This document shows positions 49,901 through 61,086 of a DNA stretch of 64,000 nucleotides, one piece after another. The position numbers and the translations under genes were made by a program. The notes beneath the pieces were generated by a model. It had not been told where the DNA came from. It made no database searches and saw only the letters and a program-made list of their open reading frames with translations. The stretch comes from Octopus sinensis. Lineage: Eukaryota. How positions within the stretch are numbered: the stretch's first letter is position 1; each line of letters starts with the position of its first letter. Where the stretch lies: contig NC_043019.1 in assembly GCF_006345805.1 (NCBI RefSeq), forward strand, positions 12,709,360-12,773,359, read 5' to 3'.

Positions 49901-52900
49901 GTATGTGCTACTGTTTAATATATTTGTAACTTCAGTTGTCACATAGCTTTCATTAGTCACTGAAGGCGAAGTGTTTGTGTTACTGTGTAACATGAGTGTA
50001 ACGTTTGTTGTCCTATTACTATTGCTTGTTGCGGGAGTGGAAATGTATGTGCTACTGTTTAATATATTTGTAACTTCAGTTGTCACATAGCTTTCGTTAG
50101 TCACTGAAGGCGGAGTGTTTGTGTTACTGTGTAACATGACTGTAACGTTTGTTGTCCTATTACTATTGCTTGTTGCAGGAGTGGAAATGTATGTGCTACT
50201 GTTTAATATATTTGTAACTTCAGTTGTCACATAGCTTTCGTTAGTCACTGAAGGCGAAGTGTTTGTGTTACTGTGTAACATGAGTGTAACGTTTGTTGTC
50301 CTATTACTATTGCTTGTTGCGGGAGTGGAAATGTATGTGCTACTGTTTAATATATTTGTAACATCAGTTGTCACATAGCTTTCGTTAGTCACTGAAGGCG
50401 GAGTGTTTGAGTTACTGTGTAACATGAGTGTAACGTTTGTTGTCCTATTACTATTGCTTGTTGCAGGAGTGGAAATGTATGTGCTACTGTTTAATATATT
50501 TGTAACTTCAGTTGTCACATAGCTTTCGTTAGTCACTGAAGGCGAAGTGTTTGTGTTATTGTGTAACATGAGTGTAACGTTTGTTGTCCTATTACTATTG
50601 CTTGTTGCAGGAGTGGAAATGTATGTGCTACTGTTTAATATATTTGTAACTTCAGTTGTCACATAGCTTTCGTTAGTCACTGAAGGCGGAGTGTTTGTGT
50701 TACTGTGTAACATGAGTGTAACGTTTGTTGTGCTATTACTATTGCTTGTTGCGGGAGTGGAAATGTATGTGCTACTGTTTAATATATTTGTAACTTCAGT
50801 TGTCACATAGCTTTCGTTAGTCACTGAAGGCGAAGTGTTTGTGTACTGTGTAACATGAGTGTAACGTTTGTTGTCCTATTACTATTGCTTGTTGCGGAGT
50901 GGAAATGTATGTGCTACTGTTTAATATATTTGTAACTTCAGTTGTCACATAGCTTTCGTTAGTCACTGAAGGCGGAGTGTTTGTGTTACTGTGTAACATG
51001 AGTGTAACGTTTTTGTCCTATTACTATTGCTTGTTGCGGGAGTGGAAAGTATGTGCTACTGTTAATATATTTGTAACTTCAGTTGTCACATAGCTTTCGT
51101 TAGTCACTGAAGGCGGAGTGTTTGTGTTACTGTGTAACATGACTGTACGTTTGTTGTCCTATTACTATTGCTTGTTGCGGGAGTGGAATGTATGTGCTAC
51201 TGTTTAATATATTGTAACTTCAGTTGTCACATAGCTTTCGTTAGTCACTGAAGGCGGAGTGTTTGTGTTACTGTGTAACATGAGTGTAACGTTTGTTGTC
51301 CTATACTATTGCTTGTTGCAGGAGTGGAAATGTATGTGCTACTGTTTAATATATTTGTAACTTCAGTTGTCACATAGCTTTTATTAGTCACTGAAGGCGA
51401 AGTGTTTGTGTTACTGTGTAACATGAGTGTAACGTTTGTTGTCCTATTACTATTGCTTGTTGCAGGAGTGGAAATGTATGTGCTACTGTTTAATATATTT
51501 GTAACTTCAGTTGTCACATAGCTTTCGTTAGTCACTGAAGGCGGAGTGTTTGAGTTACTGTGTAACATGAGTGTAACGTTTGTTGTCCTATTACTATTGC
51601 TTGTTGCAGGAGTGGAAATGTATGTGCTACTGTTTAATATATTTGTAACTTCAGTTGTCACATAGCTTTCGTTAGTCACTGAAGGCGGAGTGTTTGTGTT
51701 ACTGTGTAACATGAGTGTAACGTTTGTTGTCCTATTACTATTGCTTGTTGCGGGAGTCGAAATGTATATGCTACTGTTTAATATATTTGTAACTTCAGTT
51801 GTCACATAGCTTTCGTTAGTCACTGAAGGCGGAGTGTTTGTGTTACTGTGTAACATGACTGTAACGTTTGTTGTCCTATTACTATTGTTTGTTGCAGGAG
51901 TGGAAATGTATGTGCTACTGTTTAATATATTTGTAACTTCAGTTGTCACATCGGTTTTTCTTGTTACTGAAGTGGTTATGTCTGTGCTATTGTCAGTGTT
52001 ATTGTTTAACGTACCTGTAACGGTTGTGACATAGCTTTCGCTTGCTACAGAAGTGGGAATATCTGAGTTACCTGTGATTTCTACATCCGTTGTGACACCA
52101 TTTTCTGTTATTACAGAAGTTGCACCGTCTGCGTTACCCGTGGTTTCTACAATATCTGTTGTCACACCATTTTCTGTTGTTACAGAAGTTGTAAAGTTTG
52201 CGTTACTCGTGGTTTCTACAACATCTGTTGTCACACCATTTTCTGTTGTTACAGAAGTTGTAAAGTTTGCGTTACCCGTGGTTTCTACAACATCTGTTGT
52301 CACACCATTTTCTGTTGTTACAGAAGTTGTAAAGTTTGCGTTACTCGTGGTTTCTACAACATCTGTTGTCACACCATTTTCTGTTGTTACAGAAGTTGTA
52401 AAGTTTGCGTTACTCGTGGTTTCTGAAACATCTGTTGTTACACCATTTTCTGTTGTTACATAAGTTGTAAAGTTTGCGTTACTCGTGGTTTCTACAACAT
52501 CTGTTGTCACACCATTTTCTGTTGTTGCAGAAGTTGTAAAGTTTGCGTTACTCGTGGTTTCTACAACATCTGTTGTCACACCATTTTCTGTTGTTACAGA
52601 AGTTGTAAAGTTTGCGTTACTCGTGGTTTCTGAAACATCTGTTGTCACACCATTTTCTGTTGTTACAGAAGTTGTAATGTTTGCGTTACTCGTGGTTTCT
52701 ACAACATCTGTTGTCACACCATTTTCTGTTGTTACAGAAGTTGTAAAGTTTGCGTCACTCGTGGTTTCTACAACATCTGTTGTTACAGAAGTTGTAAAGT
52801 TTGCGTTACTCGTGGTTTCTGAAACATCTGTTGTCACACCATTTTCTGTTGTTACAGAAGTTGTAAAGTTTGCGTTACTCGTGGTTTCTGAAACATCTGT

Positions 52901-53340
52901 TGTCACACCATTTTCTGTTGTTACAGAAGTTGTAAAGTTTGCGTTACTCGTGGTTTCTACAACATCTGTTGTCACACCATTTTCTGTTGTTACAGACGTT
53001 GTAAAGTTTGCGTTACTCGGGGTTTCTACAACATCTGTTGTCACACCATTTTCTGTTGTTACAGAAGTTGTATTGTTTGCGTTACTCGGGGTTTCTGAAA
53101 CATCTGTTGTCACACCATTTTCTGTTGTTACAGAGGTTGTAATGTTTGCGTTACTCGTGGTTTCTACATCTGTTGTCACGCCATTTTCTGTTGTTACAGA
53201 AGTTGTAAAGATTTCGTTACTCGTGGTTTTTGTAACCTCTGTCGTCACATCATTTTGATATGTTACACTTGTGGTAAAGTTTGTATTATTTGCCGTAAAA
53301 AACGTGTCAGTGACATTGCTGGCTCTTATAGTGTTTTTAC
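46980..53340 (-). CDS. aGPCR-like gene exon 1 (first visible): giant Thr/Ser/Asn-rich stalk exon, ~2,124 aa after correcting net -11 nt of indels
   Basis: Acceptor tctcttacag|GT at 53342-53341. ORFs 51245-53371 and 46957-48843 are its two ends. The 3' boundary (donor A|gtatgt at 46979) is inferred. Confidence 0.8.
47380..51950 (-). repeat. Coding tandem array: 32 copies of a 144-bp (48-aa) unit
   Basis: CATGA(G/C)TGTA anchor counted at 47401, 47545 ... 51854, giving 32 copies. Confidence 0.97.
52100..53270 (-). repeat. Coding tandem array: ~16 copies of a 69-bp (23-aa) unit TSVTTENGVTTDVVETTSNANFT
   Basis: Visible in ORF 51245-53371; frame intact. Confidence 0.95.
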
Positions 53341-53929
53341 CTGTAAGAGATTTGAGGTAATACAACAGCAATTAGTGCATTCCTGAAATGTAAATACAGG
53401 TAAAAAAAAAAGATTCGAAGATGAATATATGCGTATTTATATTTCTGTCAAATATTTCATAAATATGACAAAATAAACAAAACATGTGCGCGTGTATGTG
53501 TATTTGTGTGTATTTATGTGTTTGTGCGCGTGTGTGTGTGTGCGTTTACGTCTGCTAGATAATGCAACACAATTGCCACGGTAAGCACTATCTTAATGAC
53601 TGACAAGGGGGAAGCTCCCTACAGCAGTGGACATAGCCAGATCATCGATGATTTCTCATTTTAATGCCCATCAGTGGCTCTCACCGCACCTAGGGTTAAA
53701 CTCAGCTCGCCTTGTTCGTTTTTATAATTGTTTTTATAATTTTGTTATAATTTTATATTTTTTTATAATTGACCTGTGGGTTGTGTATTCTACTCCATTG
53801 TTTTAGCCTCCAGACGAGGTTCGAGAGAAATGTAGAGTGTCTTTTGTTTATATTGGAAAACGACTAGAGGTGGTTTCTCAAACGATTTTTCATAGTGTCT
53901 GCGGCACTACCAATATACACATATTTCTG

Positions 53930-54945
53930 TGTATTTGTCTTGACTTCGCATTTGTACACTACAATCTATATCATGCAGTTGGGCCCATGTGGAATGAAGG
54001 AGCGAAGAGAAAAGAATATTCCTATTCACGGCGAAGGCGGAAATCCGGATGGCCCCTTTGCAAAGACAATCCGAACACAGATAAGTGTTGTAGTGAATGA
54101 CCAGTAGACCGGAAATGGCGCGAGACCGACGTGTCATTGCCGATTCTGATGTCTCGGAGGTGCTCCGCGAACCGGTCAGCCAAACGGCGTCCCGTTTGGC
54201 CGATGTGCAGAGAAGGGCAGAAAGTGCAGGAGAAGCAGTAAATGACATTGCTAGAAGTGCAAGTAAAGGAGTCGGTGATATGATAGGGACGATGTTAGGT
54301 GCCTGTGAGGATGGTAGTGTTAGAGAGGTAGTGTGCGAGAGCAGGGGAACGAACTAGGCTAGGAAGTGGGGTTTGGAAAGAAACTGTTGACCAGGAGGTC
54401 ACGCAGGTTGTGGGCTTAGATGAAGACAGGAAGGAGTAGGTTGGGGGAAGATGTGCAAGATGGAGGGATCGGACTGTGTCGCCAGAAGACTCGGAGAATG
54501 ATGCGTCAGACGGGCAGGGTGGAGGGGTGGTAGGTAAGGGGAAATGGGAGATGGGCAACGGCGGGGCGGGTGCGAGAAGAGAGAGCAAAGGCACGGTCCA
54601 CGGAACGTGCTCTAGCAAGGGTTGTGCAGAGAGTTGTGAGGGGATATCCACAAAGGATGAAGTGGTGAGCCATGAGTTGTGACAGTCTCAAAATGATGGT
54701 TGTCACTGCAGGGCCTGCACAGACGGAGGAATTGGGAGTAGGGGTGGAGAGCTTAGTGTGGGTAGGGTGGGAGGAGGAGAAGTTAGGATATGAATGCGAC
54801 ACGGTATGTTTTTAGTGGATGGAGGTAGTGACCGCGGAGTGGTGCATGTTGGCCGAAATACCGAGAAATGGAACGAAAGTACTGGAAATAGTGCAGGGGA
54901 ATTCGAGGGCAGGATGGAAGGATTGGACAAAACAGAGGATTACTT
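53930..54945 (-). mobile_element. Penelope-like retroelement remnant (end of RT/thumb, linker, GIY-YIG endonuclease)
   Basis: Hand translation: SHSYPNFSSSHP.H.K...SQFLRL..CSD and FTCTSSNVIYCFSCTFCPSLHIGQTGRRLADRFAEHLRDIR...VSRHF. Frameshifted with stops. Confidence 0.9.
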
Positions 54946-56704
54946 GATACAGTCTTTTTTTCATTAAATGTTATGAAAATTATGAGGATGCTACTAACCT
55001 TTTTTGGGAAGAATTTCTTCTGATGTCTGAGCGCTTCGTTAAACCTTTTCAAACTCACACACAAGCACACACACAGCAGACAATTACAAAGAATACAGTG
55101 AATGATACAACATCAAATTTTTCTTTTAAATTTACAGTTCGTCATACAGCATAATTAGTTTGTTAAAATGACCTACACGTGTTTCTGTTGCACAGAGTAT
55201 GTGCAGTTGCACATGAGACCCAGCATAATCTTTTGTGCACCTTCATTCAGGGTTCTTAAATAAGCGTAGTTCGAAATGAACTGATTTAATTTATTTACTT
55301 GTGGCTAGTTTAAAATCCAAAGGGATCTTATGGGAAATATGTTGAAATCTAATATGGCCAGACAGTTTATTCTTAACTGACCCCTAACTTAACACCAGTG
55401 CCAGGGTGGACATTAGGAATTTGATGTATATCAAATTAGATCAAATTATATTTGAGTGTACTAATGGGTTTTTTCTATGAGTTAAAGGAAATTGAATACA
55501 TATATACACATGCTTATAGATAAAGATACATATATATACATATATATGCATGTATATAGATATATATAGATGTATATAGATATATATGCATGTATATATA
55601 TATATATATATATACATGCATATATATCTATATACATACACACATACGTGTATGGATATATATGAGAGAGGATGAGAGAGAGAACGAGATGGAGCGAGAG
55701 CTGTCTTCTTCGGTATGCAGGAAATACACAAACCAAAAATTCCAAGGCCAGCATTCATTGAACCGCAAGAACTTTTTCTTTTTTTCTTTTTTTTTTTTCT
55801 CCGTGGAAAACTGCAGCGAAAAGCTTTTACAGGTTCAAATAACTCTTAAACATATTTGAAATGCTCTTATGTTCGTATACTTTTCTTCCCTGCTCTCCTG
55901 CACCGAGTCACGAATTTGTTCTGGCTTGGCGGCTAATGTGTGCAGTCATTTAATTGGATTTAATAATTTATGATAAAGGAAACGTTACTTCCTAATCAGT
56001 TCAATTTTTGCCTCTTTTTTTGGTATTTGCAGCTGAGGAGAACAAACATGTTTCAAATGCAGCCATCTGTCCAATAGAGGGCGTTCTGAGCTGACAGATA
56101 TTTCAATTATTTTTTCTCTAAAACGAGAAGTTTTCGGAGGATTTTTTTTCCGTTGCTAATTGGAATTTCAAATATTTCACAAACACATTTGAACTAGTTT
56201 CAGATTTTGTATAAAAATATACTCCAAATTGTTATGGCGGTAGCAATACGATAAGAAAGTAGGGCGACACATGTTATTAATCTTTCTACAATTACGATGT
56301 GAAAACGATGAAAATTACTGAAAATAAAACCTATACTTTCATTAATTTCTTTCCTATGAAATTTTCCCTGAAGAAGGATTTATGTCCGAAACGTTGATTT
56401 TCCCACAGCAAGTTCACTGTACTCTTTCAATGGATTTTGCATAAGAAATAAAATCAAACCTACTTACCTCCTATACTGTAGAGCCAAAATATCTGGAGAA
56501 GAAGCGAGGTCGAAAGCCGCCGAAACGAAAGCATACTGAAAAGTCGGTTGACCCCCTTAAAAAAAAAAGAGGGGGGGAAATGGGTGATTAAACATGACTA
56601 TATAAGTCAGAAAATTGTTGACATGACTATAAATGAAATTCACTATGTTGTGTGTGTGTGTGAATATTTATGTCTATATTTGTATATACATGTATTATAT
56701 GTGA

Positions 56705-56737
<33 letters not shown>

Positions 56738-56764
56738 CGCGCGCGCGCGTGTGTACATTTATAT

Positions 56765-56791
56765 AGATGGATAGACAGACATATAGATAGA

Positions 56792-56855
<64 letters not shown>

Positions 56856-56903
56856 TAAACAGATAGATAGACAGACAGACAGTCAGATAAACTGATAAAC
56901 AGG

Positions 56904-56963
<60 letters not shown>

Positions 56964-57039
56964 TAGATAGATAGACAGACAGACAGATAAACAGATAGAC
57001 AGACAGACAGACAGACAGTCAGATAAACTGATAAACAGG

Positions 57040-57091
<52 letters not shown>

Positions 57092-57204
57092 TAGATAGAT
57101 AGACAGACAGACAGATAAACAGATAGACAGACAGACAGACAGACAGTCAGATAAACTGATAAACAGATAGATAGATTGGTAGATGGATAGATAGATAGGT
57201 AGAT

Positions 57205-57244
<40 letters not shown>
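56765..57244. repeat. (GATA/GACA)n tract flanking the LINE 3' end
   Basis: Seen directly; contains an internal duplication. Confidence 0.98.
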
Positions 57245-57624
57245 TGTTTCTTTATTAGCCACACAGGGCTGCACACAGATAGAACAAATTACAAGGTAGA
57301 GCTTTTCTTTTGAAGGTTTAAAAAAAAAAAAAGGACGGGGGAGTTTCGATCAAAAGGGATCGTAAAAGGAGAGAAAGAGGACAAAAAAAGGGGGGTTAAA
57401 AAAAAGGGGGAGAGGAAAAAAAAAAAAAAAAAAATTGATCAATAGGGATCGTTATCACAGAAATGTCAATATGAAGTGTAAAGGGGAGGACAGGTGAGGT
57501 TTACCCGTGGAAAGAAAAGCCTACGGAAAAGACCACGGTAACCTCGGTCAATGAAGTCACATTTTATATTTCTTTTTTTTTTTTTTTTTGCAAATAAGCA
57601 ACTCTCTGTTTTCGATTTCTGGGT

Positions 57625-60600
57625 TCATAGGACTATGCTCAAGGTGGCTTCGTCATTCATACGTGCCATTCTTGCTACATTCACCCATCTTTTTTAAAAC
57701 ATTCGCTAGACAAAACTTGCCTCTCTACTCTCACTTTCCTTTTCAAGTGGTACTTGAAGAAGTTGATGAGAGATTGACCAGAGAGGAAAGTGTTTGTCTC
57801 CAATCCTTTCAGACGCGTCCACCAGATACATTCTTTCGCCATAGCCACAAGGATGATGAAAATAGCTCTTCCTTCCCGTTTGAAGGAAGGAGGCGTGACA
57901 ATATTGACGATAGACTCAGCTGATAAACCGACTCGTCCCACACGTGACAGCAGTTGTTCGACATAAGCCCACAGGTCGGAAATTGTTGGACACTGAACGA
58001 GTGCGTGCAGAACGGTTTCGTCGCTCTGACCGCATCTCGGGCAGGTCGGCCCCGTGTTCTCGAGCCGTGTCTGTAGAGCTTATCCCGAACGGGTAGCGCT
58101 TCTCGGTAGCACTGCCAGGCCAGGGATCTCTGGAAGTTGTCCATGGGCCCTGGCCCGAAAGTCGTCCCGAACAGGCGGGTCAGGTACTCCTCGTCGACGT
58201 CCAGGTTCGCCCCGAGCTCGTCGTCGTACCTCCCCTCCACTAAACCCCTATAGAATGCTTTGGTTGTGTTGAAGTCACTTAAGGTCGACCCAGGACGGCA
58301 GAGTTGCTTGAGAGCAACGCGACTCTCGCGGTGCCATTCGCCCTTCCTCGGCTCTTTTTGATCCACGACTGCAGTTCGGTCATGGAGACGAGCTGCGGGA
58401 AAGCGTGCCTCACAAACGGCGACCACACCTGTTCACCGTCGTCTACATAGAGCCAGAGATGTCGCAGTCTCAGCGCGTGTCTGCGCATCATCAACCACGG
58501 CATGCCCAGCCCTCCTTTTAACGGGTGTTGACAGCAAATGGATCGCCTGACCATCGGGACGCATCCTTTCCACAAGAAGCGAAAGAGGATGCGTTGTAGT
58601 TTGGTGATGGTAGGGTCGGGACAAGGTACGACGGTCAGGCGGTAGTAGATGACGGACGCGATGTACGTGTTCGCCACCTCCGCTCGACCTTTTAGGGACA
58701 GTTTCCTCTCGGCCCATTGCCGGGCGAGAGTGACCACCCTACTCGTTATCTCGTTCCAGTTCTTCTCCACTTGGAGGTCCGGACCAAACCAGACCCCGAG
58801 CAACTCAACCGGGCCGTCGGTCCAGCGTCCCACGACGGAGGCGCTGGTGGACGGCATGGGCTTGCTTCTCCAGGTGCCTAGTCGCAAGCCCACTGACTTT
58901 TCCGGTTGATTTTCGCTCCTGTCACCGCTTCGTAGTTTTTCAGTGTCTCGCCGACCAGCTCGATGTGCTCGTGGCTAGACACTATGACGGTGACGTCGTC
59001 CGCGTATGCAGACACGCTCGTCCCGCATCCCAATCTCGCGGGATGCCCCTTAGAGTCGCCAGCTTCCGCAGTAGTGGCTCAAGAGTCAATACGTATAGAA
59101 GCGCCGAGAGGGGGCATCCCTGACGGACCGAACGTGCAATGTCGAAAGGTCTCGATAGATGTCCATTTACGCGAATTACCGAACGGATGCCTCTGTACAA
59201 GGCAGCTATCCAGCCGCGGAAGACGGGCCCGAAACCAGCCGCTCTCAGGACTGCCTCCAAGTATCGATGGTCCACCCTATCAAAGGCTTTCGATTGATCC
59301 AAGTTGATCAGGGCCCCACCCATGCCAGGTTCGTTAACTACCCTGTCTATGATGTAGCGCATCAGATGGAGGTTGTCATGGATGGTCCGGCCTGGCACGG
59401 CGCATGTTTGCGCCTTGTCGACCAGTTTCTCGATGACAAGCGCCAACCTCTTGGCTAGCACCTTGGCCAAAATTTTCAAGTCTGCATTAAGCAGAGTGAT
59501 GGGCCTAAAGTTATCTATTACATTTCCCTTGTTTAGATCTTTCTTCAGCAGTGTTACGGCTCCTCGGCTCACAAAACCAGGAATGCTCCCGTTTTGCTGC
59601 CAGTTGCAGTACACCGCCGCCAAGAGATCTCCAAACAAGTCTGGCATGCAATTGTAAAGCTCGTAGGGTAGACCATCCAAACCCGGTGATTTGTCCCTCG
59701 AGCATTCTGCCATCGCTTCCCGCACTTCCGCCGCCGTGATGGCACCTTCGCAGCACCCTGCCTTTCTTGTCGAGAGTCGTGGTAGGCTATGTAGGTAGGC
59801 ACTGAAGTCCACCCTACGTTCTTGCCCTCCACTCGTTCCGAACAGTCGGGCAAAATGCTGCTGAAAGGCCTCACACATTTTACTTGGCTCGAGCAATTCG
59901 CGCCCCTGTTCATCTACCAGTGACCGAATGGTGGCTTTGTTGCCCTGTTGCGCCTCTGCCACCCGGCCTCTCTCGCGGCTCCAACACCTTCGTTCCTTAG
60001 AGCACGCATCCTAGCTCTGACAGCACATCCTTCGTGTTTGGCGTTGAAGTGTTGGTCGAGGGCCAACCTCGCCGCCAAAACGTCGGATGCGATGCCGCTT
60101 CTAATTGCCTCTTCTAGCTTCTTAACTAGCTCACCCTCTACTCTATTTCTATCTATGGCTAGTGCTTTGCTGTATCTAATCGCTTCTGCTTTTACTGCTC
60201 TCTTGAGGGCAAACCACCATTTGTTGTTGATGATGGCTCCCGTCAAAGCCCTCTTTACTAGTGTGCTAATCCGGTCTCTGAAAACTTGTCTCGATGGGAA
60301 AGACGCGTTTAGTTTCCAGTATCCGGGACCCTGCCTAAGTGTCTTACCTAAGTCTAGCGTACATGTCACAAGTTTGTGATCCGTGTAGCTGACTATGTGG
60401 AATTGTGGACATCCTATGCTATCTCTATCTACTGTCCTACACAGTATCCTATCTAGATACGATCTCGATGACCCGATGCGGTTGCTCCATGTCCACGTTG
60501 GCGCATTCGGGTGGTCTAGTCGGAACCTGTCAGACAGTTGAAAGCGTCTGAGCAGGTCTCTGAGGCATTTGCATCCCCGTCTGTTCCTATCTCTACCCAC

Positions 60601-61055
60601 GTAGTCTACATGCGTGTCCAAGGTAGCATTCCAATCCCCCACTAAGAGTAAAGGACGAGACGTTCCCAAGAAAACTTCTAGACGCTGAAAGAAATCCGCC
60701 CGACCTGTTAAGGGCGGTGCGTAAACTGATACGAGTCGAAAGGCGCACCCATTGCTGCCGTCGACATCCAGGACGACCAGTCTACCCTCCGGGTCTACGA
60801 ATATTGTCCTTACTTTGAGATCCAGACTCTTGTGAAAAAGTACCGCGGTGCCACTACCGCCCATTCTCGGCAGACAGGGGAAAATAAATGTTGAACTGTC
60901 CGCCAAACATGGTCTTTAGGGCCCGCGGATTGTGGAGTCTGGTCTCGCTTATGGCTATGATTTCTAACTTATGTGACTTTATGTCATTTAAGAGGTACCC
61001 TTGTTTCCAAGGGGACCCCCAAGCCACGCGCATTTACACAACCAATCTTGATCAT
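57625..61055 (-). CDS. LINE ORF2 (AP endonuclease, reverse transcriptase, zinc-binding domain), split by about eight single-nt indels
   Basis: MIKIGCVNARGLG, ETR, GDWN, LDRI, SYTDH (APE); NFRPITLLN, LDQSKAFDRV, RQGCPLS, YADD (RT); KGGLG, CPRC..DETVLH. ATG at 61055, TGA at 57625. Confidence 0.9.
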
Positions 61056-61086
61056 AGTTCTAATGAATTAGAATACAGAGGTTTAC

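Noticed and set aside
47380-51950. Regular tandem array as a possible CRISPR
   Set aside because: There are no unique spacers; whole 144-bp units repeat and are coding. The context is eukaryotic with no cas genes.
54999-55040. Strong donor AAG|gttagt (phase 1, SAQTSEEILPKKG) as a candidate exon upstream of the stalk
   Set aside because: There is an in-frame TAA 14 codons upstream and no convincing acceptor. No signal-peptide exon was identified in the window.
55170-55255. Possible upstream exon or EGF-like relic (RCTKDYAGSH) before the stalk exon
   Set aside because: It has an in-frame stop and incomplete Cys spacing, and no phase-1 donor in an open frame. Not supportable.
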